The notes under the pieces are model-generated. The model made no database searches. It was given only the letters and a program-made list of their open reading frames with translations, and had not been told where the DNA came from. Position numbers and translations under genes: made by a program. DNA of 64,000 bases. It comes from an uncultured Thermoproteales archaeon. GTDB taxonomy: Archaea; Thermoproteota; Thermoprotei; Thermofilales; B20-G17. This document shows, in pieces, positions 9,508 to 18,551 of this stretch. The DNA lies in contig CBDUMD010000008.1 of the NCBI GenBank assembly GCA_965368245.1, forward strand, positions 380 through 64,379, written 5' to 3'. Position 1 is the first letter of the stretch; each line of letters opens with the position of its first letter.

Positions 9508-11492
9508 ATAGGATGTCCCATGAAAAAACCATAAACTTTGGGAGACTTACACCCCTACTAATACTCCTTTCAATAGCCGTTACTATACTCTTTGCCTATG
9601 AGGTTGCTTTCATAGGGCTCTTGTTAGGGTTCCATTTAAGCCCAGTAGAGGGCTCGATACTTGTGCTTGGAATGCTTTATCTCTTAATAATACTTGGACC
9701 ATGGATTAGAGAGTACATGGGGGAAGCTCAGATAATCCTGCTGGCCATAGCCTTATTCATGCCCTTTGCCATGGGAGCCTACTTTTATCCATGGTGTTTC
9801 ATGAACCAACTTATCGGAGCCAGGCTACTTCAACCAGAGATCTACAATAACCTGCTACCGTCACTATGGGCTCCACCAGCAGAACTCCTGAAACAGGCTT
9901 TGGGAGGAGGAGCCCCTACACCTTGGGGCGCCTGGGCACCAAGCATCGTATACTGGTATATCTTCACCATTGCAAACATCTTGCTCATGTTTTCACTGGC
10001 TGGTATAGTTAAGGAGCGGTGGAATAAAATTGAAAAACTTTCCTACCCGCATGCAATAGCATTGAATAGAATAGTGGAGTTTTCCCTTGGAAGGGAGCAG
10101 AAATACTCTTGGCTCTTCCATGCAGGCATAGTGATAGGCTTCCTAGCATATTTGCCGTGGGTACTGCACCAGGTTCTGCCATGGTTCCCTAACATTTACG
10201 GGTGGAACCAGCCTCCATTCCGCTACGGTATGCCAACTCTTTTCGACCTAGTTGTGTTTTCCCCTGCAGTAAAACAGGGTTATGCTGGTGTATTAACCTT
10301 CCAGACATCGCCGGTAGAGGCAGCCTTCTACTTCCTTGTCCCCCTAGATGTTCTCTTCACAGCATGGATATCATGGCTCATATTCCTGGTTATCCTTCCA
10401 CATGTAGCCTACATCATGGGATATTATCCTAATATGCCAGCTTTAGCGGATAGCATCGCCAGATACGATATTATAGGTAGACAGGATCCCCTTAAGCTAC
10501 ACGCCTTGGCAGGGGTTGGCATTTTCATAGGCGTGTTCCTATGGCCTATACTCCTTAACTGGAGATGGTATGTAGGTACGATTAAAAAGGCTTTGAAAAG
10601 CAGTCCGGTTAAAGAATTGAGGGAAGGGAAGCCGTCCTACAGCTTCTTCTACACACTGCTCTTTGTATCATACCTAGTTCTAGTGGTTTTAATGACCATT
10701 ACCGGAGCCAACATCCTTGCGGTAGCCTGGCTTTTCCTCGCGGTAATAATCCACAGTTTAGCCATGGCTAGACAGTCGGCTGAGGCAGGGGTATCCTTTA
10801 CAGGGGGTTGGTGGGGCACCCTTCAAGCCCTTACGTATCACGTCTTGTATCCAGGAATGTCCTTTAAGACGATGGATAGAAGTTACTTTGAAGTTCAGCT
10901 GATGGCCCACAGCCTTATAGTGTCTCCAGCATCCTCCCTCACTTCAGGTCCACTATACTATTCTCTGCTCGCCTACAAGATAGGGGAAGATAAAGGCCTT
11001 AATTCGCTAAACATATTTAAGACCTTAACCCTGACAACCTTGGTCTCGGCTTTAGTGGCGATACCCCTAGTCATCTGGAGCTGGTATACCATAGGATACA
11101 ACAAGATACCGATAAGCGTTGATGGATGGTGGTGGCCTGACAGATGGACTAATCCGTCTCTTATATCACCGTACCCCTCTGAACCACCATGGCTTGCCCA
11201 CGCGTTGGCTGGACTAGGTCTCTCAGGCCTTGTATTCTACCTTAGGATGAAATACTACTGGTTCCCGTTAAACGGCATAGGCTTGCTCTTCGGAATCCTG
11301 GGCGGAGCCTGGGGGCACGCGTTTCCAGCTTTTATAGCCTGGCTTTTCAAATACATTGTAATAAAGCTAGGTGGAGCGACAGCCTACGAAAAATACGGTG
11401 TAAGTTTTGCCGCGGGATTCTTCCTAGGATACATATTCTCGGCGTTCATACTAGGCCTGGGAATGGTCTACAGGTTCCTGTTCCCATACTAG
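9504..11492 (+). CDS. Large polytopic membrane protein, paralog of 4127..5980
   Basis: 662-aa hydrophobic ORF overlapping the upstream stop by 4 nt. Its C-terminal architecture is similar to that of 4127..5980. Confidence 0.65.
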   Translation: MNRMSHEKTINFGRLTPLLILLSIAVTILFAYEVAFIGLLLGFHLSPVEGSILVLGMLYLLIILGPWIREYMGEAQIILLAIALFMPFAMGAYFYPWCFMNQLIGARLLQPEIYNNLLPSLWAPPAELLKQALGGGAPTPWGAWAPSIVYWYIFTIANILLMFSLAGIVKERWNKIEKLSYPHAIALNRIVEFSLGREQKYSWLFHAGIVIGFLAYLPWVLHQVLPWFPNIYGWNQPPFRYGMPTLFDLVVFSPAVKQGYAGVLTFQTSPVEAAFYFLVPLDVLFTAWISWLIFLVILPHVAYIMGYYPNMPALADSIARYDIIGRQDPLKLHALAGVGIFIGVFLWPILLNWRWYVGTIKKALKSSPVKELREGKPSYSFFYTLLFVSYLVLVVLMTITGANILAVAWLFLAVIIHSLAMARQSAEAGVSFTGGWWGTLQALTYHVLYPGMSFKTMDRSYFEVQLMAHSLIVSPASSLTSGPLYYSLLAYKIGEDKGLNSLNIFKTLTLTTLVSALVAIPLVIWSWYTIGYNKIPISVDGWWWPDRWTNPSLISPYPSEPPWLAHALAGLGLSGLVFYLRMKYYWFPLNGIGLLFGILGGAWGHAFPAFIAWLFKYIVIKLGGATAYEKYGVSFAAGFFLGYIFSAFILGLGMVYRFLFPY

Positions 11493-11501
11493 TGATCTAA
11501 A

Positions 11502-13415
11502 ATGAAAAACAACGTTTTTATTTTGTTCATCCTATTAGCCTACATGTGTATAGGTGTAACGGGAGCACAACCTCTGAAAGTGAATCTTTCCCATCTAAAC
11601 GAACTTTATGACCCTAAAACCGGCGGCTGGTGGGAGTTCTGGAGCAACGGCAGGTTTATGGGACATGTAAACGTAGATGACACCGCTAGAGCAGCGATAA
11701 CCTATTTAAATTATTACATCCACTTCAGAGATAAAAACGTGCTTGAATACGCTAGAAAAGCACTTACATTCACTATGAAAATGCAGGATCCAAAGGGGCT
11801 GTTCTACCTCTACCTCGTCGATGAGACTAAAACTGACCTTGGAGCAGGCGACTGGTTTGGGAGAGCAATACATGCCCTCGGTCTAGGTTACATGGTTTTC
11901 AAGGACGTCGACGCAGTTTTCGCTAGGAGGCTCGAGGAGGCTATATTGAAATCAAAGCAACATTTCCCCTACATAAGTTCAACATGGACTATCTCCCATA
12001 TAATAATGGGTTTAACCTACTACTACAATGCCAGCCACGCCGACTGGGCTAAGGAAGCTATTGAACTACTTTCCGGTAAACTGCTTTCAAAACAAGCAAA
12101 CATAGAAAATGTTGTCAAGGAATACCCTCCATGGGGCTTCTATAGTGAAAGTTTAACCTATGCTCCAGGGCTACCGATCCAAGCATTGGCGCTTGCGGGC
12201 AGAATCCTAAATAAAACAGAGTACGTGAATAGCGCCAGGAAAGCCACTGAAAAACTTTTCGTACACCTTGCTATAAGCCACCAGTTCACCTACTCCGATA
12301 AAACATGGTTTTCATGGAGATGTATTCCAGGAACCTATCCTTGTCCGCCTATAATTCCAGCCACCATAGTTAAAGCCTTTGCATTATCGGCTAGAAGCAT
12401 ATCCGACGAGGAGATATCCAAGGTGCACCATATCATGGCTGGCTTGGCTGCTTCCTGGTTTCTGGGGAACAATCCAGCTGGCGTACAGATGTACAATCCC
12501 AATACAGGAATGGTCTACGACGGAATACTAGGTGAAGGTAGAGTTAACACTAATAGTGGATGTGAAGCCACGGAAGTACCGTTGGATGCCCTAATATACG
12601 TGGTTTCAAATGAGGATAGTTCCAGATACCTGTGGGCTAGATCGATCTCCCATTCCACTCCATTGATGCTGGAGGCTGAAAACCTGCAGGGAGTCTACAG
12701 AATAGCGAGGGGGGATGCTTTCAAGGGCAAATACATTGTTCTAAATAAAGGGAATTTCATTAAACTTGGTAAAATTGACCTTAAGGGGTCAGACAAATTC
12801 AGGATACTCCTACTCTCGAGGAAAAGCGACTGCACCCTAGAGGTGTATTTAAGCGGAAAACTCTTGAAAAGGATCAGACTGGAATCCTCTTCATGGAGTT
12901 TCCTCTCTATAGGGGAGTTCGGTAAACCGGGTGAATATTTGCTGAAGGTGGTTGAGGGGGAATTGCAGGTAGACATGGTGGTTGTTGAACCCTTCATAGA
13001 ATATAGGGTATACCAGATATCTCAAAACGAGTACCTTCTATTGGGCTTAAAGCTGTTTAATACGAGTGGTCTACTTAAATTCAAAATTGGGAATGTGAAC
13101 GTGACGATAAAAGTGGATGAAAACCTCAATGTTGTTTCGGCTTCCTCGAATAAAGGAGCCGTACATATAGATGGTAAAAGTGGAGACGAGCTAAAGGATC
13201 TTTCCCTGGGAGGACTGCATGTCGTAAAGACTGGAGACGTTAAAGTTAATCTCATACTCTTCCCCCTGGGCTCTGGTGGAGGAGGAGAAAACGTTGAGAA
13301 GCCTTCGGAAGTGAATTGGGTTGGTATCTTAACGGTAGCTATATTAATAATATCAGCTACCTTCATTTTAATCTTAAAATGGTTGGGAAGGAGGAAACAT
13401 GGAGACCCTATTTAG
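11502..13415 (+). CDS. Membrane-anchored extracellular protein: (alpha/alpha)6 six-hairpin glycosidase-like domain, CBM-like beta-sandwich and C-terminal TM
   Basis: Signal peptide 'FILFILLAYMCIGVTGA'. Toroid-like repeats ('VDDTARAAITYL', 'GDWFGRAIHALGLGY', 'GRVNTNSGCEATEVPLDALIY'). 'LEAENLQG..' begins a CBM6/35-like segment. C-terminal anchor 'WVGILTVAILIISATFILILKW'. Confidence 0.6.
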   Translation: MKNNVFILFILLAYMCIGVTGAQPLKVNLSHLNELYDPKTGGWWEFWSNGRFMGHVNVDDTARAAITYLNYYIHFRDKNVLEYARKALTFTMKMQDPKGLFYLYLVDETKTDLGAGDWFGRAIHALGLGYMVFKDVDAVFARRLEEAILKSKQHFPYISSTWTISHIIMGLTYYYNASHADWAKEAIELLSGKLLSKQANIENVVKEYPPWGFYSESLTYAPGLPIQALALAGRILNKTEYVNSARKATEKLFVHLAISHQFTYSDKTWFSWRCIPGTYPCPPIIPATIVKAFALSARSISDEEISKVHHIMAGLAASWFLGNNPAGVQMYNPNTGMVYDGILGEGRVNTNSGCEATEVPLDALIYVVSNEDSSRYLWARSISHSTPLMLEAENLQGVYRIARGDAFKGKYIVLNKGNFIKLGKIDLKGSDKFRILLLSRKSDCTLEVYLSGKLLKRIRLESSSWSFLSIGEFGKPGEYLLKVVEGELQVDMVVVEPFIEYRVYQISQNEYLLLGLKLFNTSGLLKFKIGNVNVTIKVDENLNVVSASSNKGAVHIDGKSGDELKDLSLGGLHVVKTGDVKVNLILFPLGSGGGGENVEKPSEVNWVGILTVAILIISATFILILKWLGRRKHGDPI

Positions 13416-14460
13416 CAGACTGGTTAAAAGCCTGATGCAACTAGGGTTAAGGAATTATGAGGCTAGAGCATACGCTACCATAGCGATCTTCAGAGAGGCT
13501 ACTGCACCGAACATAGCCGAGAGATCTGGGATCCCCACATCCAAAATATACTCCGTGTTAAAATCCTTAGAGGAAAGAGGGCTGATAGAATGCCAGAACG
13601 GGAGACCTAAAATCTATAGAATTACAGACCCCGACTACAGTTTCTCAAACCTGATTAAAGTCTATGAGGAAAAGAAAAACTCTATAGTAAAATTATTGAA
13701 CGAGATTACAGGGCTGGAGGAGCAGATTCATGGAGGAGTATGGGTTGTAAGGGGGGCTAGGAATGTTATCAGGAAGATAAAGGAGCTTTTAAAGCACGCA
13801 GAAACATGTATAGCTTTCGCCGCCCCCGACTTCCTATACAAGAAATTCATACAAGATCTAATCGAAGCTGGGAGAAATGGTAAAACCTTGTCACTGGTAA
13901 TATATGAAACTGACCGTGACCTCACTGAAAACCTTGCCAGCATTCTAGGCCGATACTCTAAGGTTAAAAGAAGATTTATACCGACTGTGGTGACGATACT
14001 TATCGACAGGAAGGTGGGTCTTTCATCGTATTACTCGATTTTAAACGAGAAAGGAGAAACGCATCTCTACGCCATAGTCATCGAGGAGGAGAGTCTTCTA
14101 AGGCTTTTAAATGACTTTTTCCACCTGGCCTTATGGATAACTTCAGAAGAGTTAAGGTTTAATCTAGCCACCAGGTTTAGAAAACCCCAAAGCTACACGC
14201 ATTTCTGGCGGGTGGTGGAAGACGCCAAATACTTTATAGATAAAGGCTTGACCTTGAAGGCCAGCGTTGAAGGAAGACTACCTAAAACCGGTGAAATAAC
14301 GGTAGTTGAAGGGAAGATAACGGACGTCAACATAGACTATAACTGGCTTAAATACAGCCTAACGATTTCATCGGGTAGAAAGAAGTATGAGATAGGGGGA
14401 TGGGGCTGCGTCGTAGAGGAGATAGAGGGACTGAAAGTAGTTCTTCATCCACCTAAGTGA
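13399..14460 (+). CDS. TrmB-family transcriptional regulator (sugar-sensing type)
   Basis: N-terminal wHTH 'LGLRNYEARAYATIAIFREATAPNIAERSGIPTSKIYSVLKSLEERGLI' is typical of TrmB and is followed by a long C-terminal effector-like domain. Overlaps the upstream gene by 17 nt. Confidence 0.8.
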   Translation: METLFSRLVKSLMQLGLRNYEARAYATIAIFREATAPNIAERSGIPTSKIYSVLKSLEERGLIECQNGRPKIYRITDPDYSFSNLIKVYEEKKNSIVKLLNEITGLEEQIHGGVWVVRGARNVIRKIKELLKHAETCIAFAAPDFLYKKFIQDLIEAGRNGKTLSLVIYETDRDLTENLASILGRYSKVKRRFIPTVVTILIDRKVGLSSYYSILNEKGETHLYAIVIEEESLLRLLNDFFHLALWITSEELRFNLATRFRKPQSYTHFWRVVEDAKYFIDKGLTLKASVEGRLPKTGEITVVEGKITDVNIDYNWLKYSLTISSGRKKYEIGGWGCVVEEIEGLKVVLHPPK

Positions 14461-14564
14461 AATTTCCAGAGATGCACACGGAGCAAACTTTCGAGTATAC
14501 CCATATACTTTATCTTTCGCTGATAGAGTAGATAGTATTTTTCCATATAACAAGGAATTTATAT

Positions 14565-16778
14565 ATGAAAACATTACAGATATATATCATGGGGGTTAGG
14601 GACTCTTCTAAGTATAAGTTTTTAAAACTAGTAGGACTTCTCAGAAAACACATCCACCTCTTCACGGCGGTAATTACGTTGTCTTTAATAGGTACAGGTT
14701 TGGGTCTAGTTTCACCCTTGTTAACTAAAAACATAATAGATGAAGGGATTATGGCGGGCTCGTACGAAAAGCTACTTTACTATACGTGTCTCTTGATTGT
14801 AGTTTATGTTCTAGGAACCATGGTATCGACTTTAAGAAACTATTTAAACACATTCTTAAGCGAAAGGGTGGCACATGAACTTAGAAGGAAGATATTCGAT
14901 AAAGTGCTCGAACTAGGCCATGAGATGGAAAATGTACTTACGGGGGACGTGGTTGCACGTATGTTAACGCACGTCAGGAGGCTTAGAGACTTCATCGTAA
15001 ATACCTTGCAGACCATTATTCTGAATACCCTTTCTCTGGCAGGCATGCTTATAGTCGTCTTTTCTCTAAACTTCAAGCTGGCCTGCATAGTCCTAGCACC
15101 GGTGCCACTCTATGCTTTAGGGCTCCTCTTCTATCAGCCACGTATAAGGACGTTGTTTTACCAGACATGGAGTAGCATCTCCAAGCTATCTGCCTATTCC
15201 ACTCAGATAATCCAGTCACTTTACTTGGTGAAAATTTTTGGGCGTGAACGTCTGGAGAAAAATAGGTTTATCAGCCTCTCATGGAGTGTCTTAACCTCGC
15301 GTATCAATGCGATCAAATACAGTTTAAAGGTGCTTCCCTGGCTCGAGTTGCTTCTTTCATTAACGTCGGTAGCTGTAATGTATTTTGGGGGAATCATGGT
15401 GATAAAAGGAGAGATGAAGATAGGGACTTTAGTCGCCTTCCTAGCGTATGTCTGGCAAGTTTATGGCCCTATTAGAGCTTTAACGGGCGTTGTGAACAAT
15501 CTAAGCGACGCACAGGCAGCGTATGAAAGGCTTCAAGATTTTCTTGAGGCGAAGCCAAGCATAAGAGAAGCCCCAGAGGCGAGAGAAATGGAGATTAGAG
15601 GTTTAATTGAGATCGAAAACCTGTGGTTCGCCTACAGACCAGGTGCCCCTGTACTGAAGGGCTTAAACCTGAAGATTCAGCCAGGGGAAATCGTAGGCAT
15701 CGTTGGCCCTAATGGGGCTGGCAAAACTACGCTCGTTAGGATACTAGTGAGGTTCCTTGATGCCAAGCTGGGACGCATTAAGATAGACGGCGTAGACTAC
15801 AGGTATATTAAGCTCGACTGTTTAAGAAGGCAAGTTGCAATGGCGACCCAGGAACCTATACTAATACCTGGTAGCGTGGCCCTAAACATCGCCTATGGGA
15901 GTGAGAACACGGAGCCAGCCAAGATACTGGAAGCAGCTCTGGCATGCCAGTGCCATGATTTCATCATGAAACTACCCTTAGCATACGATAGTGATGTCGG
16001 TGAGCAGGGTCGCCGTCTATCGGGTGGACAGAAACAGTTAATTTGTCTAGCAAGGGTTTTTCTATCTAAACCTAGGATACTTATACTAGATGAAGCCACC
16101 TCAAGTGTCCACGTGGATATAGAGAAGAAAGCCTTAACCAACATAATAGGGTGTCTTAAGGACAGTACAATAATCATAATATCGCATAGACCGACCATAG
16201 GAGCGTTTGTCAACAGGATAGTTACATTAGAGGAAGGGAAAATAACTGGTGAAAGAAAAGGCGAGTTAAGGAAGAAGCCCGTTATAAACCCTATTACAAT
16301 ACAGGTAATTAAGCCCACTGGGGTAAATATTAGAAAAATCGGTGACAAGATAGTCCTCTCAACAAATGAGGGCATGTTCAAAATCAACCGTATAGATGTA
16401 CCCTTCCCCATATCTAAACCAGGTGTTCTCCTCCTACATACATCACCGGGTATTCATGTGATCATAGAAGACTGGAATAGAATGGACCCTGAATCCCGGA
16501 GGATACTACATGAAGAAATTAAAAGGACATTGAACATAGTTCAGGTTAAGGAGCTGTTAAACATAAGACCCTTCGCCCGTTTCGCAGCCGAGGTGGAGAT
16601 GATAGATGAAGCAGACAGGAAAAGAAAAATCATCGTCCCCATAATAAATCTGGTTGTCCGGGGAAAGAACTTCTACATAGCAGATAAGAGGAACCTATAT
16701 TTGGTCGACCTCACCCGTGTGAAACCGTTTATAAGATGGCGAGCCCAAGCCCTGGCAAGAACTTTTGAAGGCGAGTAG
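14565..16778 (+). CDS. ABC exporter (fused TMD-NBD, MsbA/type IV-like) with a C-terminal extension of about 170 aa resembling DUF1854
   Basis: Six-TM N-terminal half. Walker A 'GPNGAGKTT', signature 'LSGGQKQ', Walker B 'ILILDEATS'. The tail 'VPFPISKPGVLLLHT..IEDWNRMDPESRRILHEEIKR..' matches my recollection of the DUF1854 pattern. Confidence 0.85.
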   Translation: MKTLQIYIMGVRDSSKYKFLKLVGLLRKHIHLFTAVITLSLIGTGLGLVSPLLTKNIIDEGIMAGSYEKLLYYTCLLIVVYVLGTMVSTLRNYLNTFLSERVAHELRRKIFDKVLELGHEMENVLTGDVVARMLTHVRRLRDFIVNTLQTIILNTLSLAGMLIVVFSLNFKLACIVLAPVPLYALGLLFYQPRIRTLFYQTWSSISKLSAYSTQIIQSLYLVKIFGRERLEKNRFISLSWSVLTSRINAIKYSLKVLPWLELLLSLTSVAVMYFGGIMVIKGEMKIGTLVAFLAYVWQVYGPIRALTGVVNNLSDAQAAYERLQDFLEAKPSIREAPEAREMEIRGLIEIENLWFAYRPGAPVLKGLNLKIQPGEIVGIVGPNGAGKTTLVRILVRFLDAKLGRIKIDGVDYRYIKLDCLRRQVAMATQEPILIPGSVALNIAYGSENTEPAKILEAALACQCHDFIMKLPLAYDSDVGEQGRRLSGGQKQLICLARVFLSKPRILILDEATSSVHVDIEKKALTNIIGCLKDSTIIIISHRPTIGAFVNRIVTLEEGKITGERKGELRKKPVINPITIQVIKPTGVNIRKIGDKIVLSTNEGMFKINRIDVPFPISKPGVLLLHTSPGIHVIIEDWNRMDPESRRILHEEIKRTLNIVQVKELLNIRPFARFAAEVEMIDEADRKRKIIVPIINLVVRGKNFYIADKRNLYLVDLTRVKPFIRWRAQALARTFEGE

Positions 16779-16844
16779 TAATATCTTTTAAAATGAGAAA
16801 ACCAAATATCAGGAGAAATATATCCTATTACCGGAGACTTTGTC

Positions 16845-18152
16845 TTGAAAAAAGGGTTTATAACATACAGGGATCCTGAAGGGGGCGTTAAGCTCCACTT
16901 CAGATGGGATTCCAAGGATCTTGGAGTCTTAATAATAAACTCCGCTAAAGTGGTTTACCTAAACCGTACAGCTGCATTCTATGTGGAGCAGATGTTGAAG
17001 GGAGTTGACCCTGGAAAAGTCGCTAAAAAGGCTGTTAGAAAGTTCAAGGGATTAACATTGGAGAAGGCTAAAAGAGACTACGAAGAAATAGTCTATAAAA
17101 TAAACAGTCTTATAATGGGGGATGTATGCCCTGTAACCTACCTGGGATTAGAGAGGATTGATCCATTAACCTTCGAGACCCGTGCCCCCTTTAGAGTAGA
17201 CCTTGCGGTAACCTATGATTGTAACAACAGGTGCATCCACTGCTATAGCGCTTCGCCCAGAACACTAAAAAACGAGTTGAACACTAAGGGATGGAAAAGA
17301 GCTATATTGAAGCTTTTTAAGGTAGGTGTACCCAATGTAGTGTTCACCGGAGGAGAACCTACACTGAGAAGCGACCTCAATGAATTAATATCGTATGCGG
17401 AGAACCTTGGGATGGTTACGGGACTTGTAACTAATGGAAGAAAACTAAGCAACAAACGATACCTGGATACTCTACTTGAAGCAGGGTTAGACTACATTCA
17501 AGTAACCTTAGAGAGCCACAGGCCTGAAATACATGATAAAATCACGCAGGTTAAGGGTAGCTGGAAGGAGACGATTCAAGGGATAAGAAACATCCTGGAT
17601 GCAGGCGTATACCTAGATGTCAACATGACCCTAAGCAAATTAAACTGCATGGAGGTGGAGGAGTACGTGGATTTCCTACACGAACTAGGGGTTAGAAACG
17701 TGTCAGCAAACAGGCTGATATATTCTGGTAAGGGTTTAGAGGTTAAGGAGTGGTTTGAACCGACCATGGAGGAGACTAAAATGGCTTTAGAGGTTTTGAG
17801 CGAAAGGACACAAGAATATGGTATGAGGTTTAGATGGTATGGTGTGACAAGATACTGTGAATTAAACCCCCTAGAAATGGGTTTGGGGCTGAAGTTCTGT
17901 TCAGCCTGTAGCATAACGTTGGCCATAGAGCCTGACGGCACGGTCATCCCCTGTCAAAGCTACTATCATCCTCTAGGAAACATTTTAAAGGATAAATGGG
18001 ATAAGATCTGGCACAACCCTCTATGTGAAGCCATTAGGAAGCGGAGTTTCGCTGGTGAAGTGTGTCGAGAATGCCCGTTCCTCCAGTCGTGTGGTGGAGG
18101 ATGCCCCCTGGAGGCGAAGATTAGGCCGTTCAACATGAAACCGAGTTCCTGA
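16845..18152 (+). CDS. Radical SAM enzyme with C-terminal SPASM domain and an N-terminal PqqD/RRE-like peptide-recognition domain
   Basis: 'CNNRCIHCY' (CxxxCxxC), 'VFTGGEPTL', and SPASM 'CSACS..PDGTVIPCQ' plus 'CRECPFLQSCGGGC' (Cx2Cx5Cx3C). The N-terminal ~100 aa, 'VVYLNRTAAFYVEQMLKGVDPGKVAKKAVRKFKGLTLEKAKRDYEEIVYKINSLI', looks PqqD-like. TTG start. Confidence 0.85.
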   Translation: MKKGFITYRDPEGGVKLHFRWDSKDLGVLIINSAKVVYLNRTAAFYVEQMLKGVDPGKVAKKAVRKFKGLTLEKAKRDYEEIVYKINSLIMGDVCPVTYLGLERIDPLTFETRAPFRVDLAVTYDCNNRCIHCYSASPRTLKNELNTKGWKRAILKLFKVGVPNVVFTGGEPTLRSDLNELISYAENLGMVTGLVTNGRKLSNKRYLDTLLEAGLDYIQVTLESHRPEIHDKITQVKGSWKETIQGIRNILDAGVYLDVNMTLSKLNCMEVEEYVDFLHELGVRNVSANRLIYSGKGLEVKEWFEPTMEETKMALEVLSERTQEYGMRFRWYGVTRYCELNPLEMGLGLKFCSACSITLAIEPDGTVIPCQSYYHPLGNILKDKWDKIWHNPLCEAIRKRSFAGEVCRECPFLQSCGGGCPLEAKIRPFNMKPSS

Positions 18153-18157
18153 AGATC

Positions 18158-18493
18158 CTACCATTTCGGTTCCTCGACAAGCTTTACTGTTCTGCCACAA
18201 TAGGGGCATTTGATGAACTCTTGGCCGGGTTTAGGCTCAGGTAGGGAGGCCCCACAGTAAGGGCATTTAAGTTCCTCTACATCAAGCCGTCCTGAGGGAT
18301 CCCATGAAACCTTTACCTCGACTACACGTGGTCTAGGCTTAAGCAACCGGTATGCTATAACAGTTCCCCCTACTAGTAGCGGGAAACCCACAAGAATCCT
18401 GTAGGGGTTCACCACTGAAGCTATCAAAAAGATCGCCCCGAAAAATAGCATCCCAGCAGCAACAAAGCTTAATAACAGTTTTACGGCATCCAA
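18158..18493 (-). CDS. Small membrane protein with C-terminal zinc ribbon
   Basis: Two TM segments followed by 'CPYCGASL..(12 aa)..CPYCGRTV' (CxxC..CxxC). Convergent with the radical SAM gene and divergent from 18552. Confidence 0.55.
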   Translation of the reverse strand: MDAVKLLLSFVAAGMLFFGAIFLIASVVNPYRILVGFPLLVGGTVIAYRLLKPRPRVVEVKVSWDPSGRLDVEELKCPYCGASLPEPKPGQEFIKCPYCGRTVKLVEEPKW

Positions 18494-18551
18494 GCTCCAT
18501 CACTTTAAGTAGATTATTATATTAGTTCTAAATATAATGTTTAGGGTCTAA

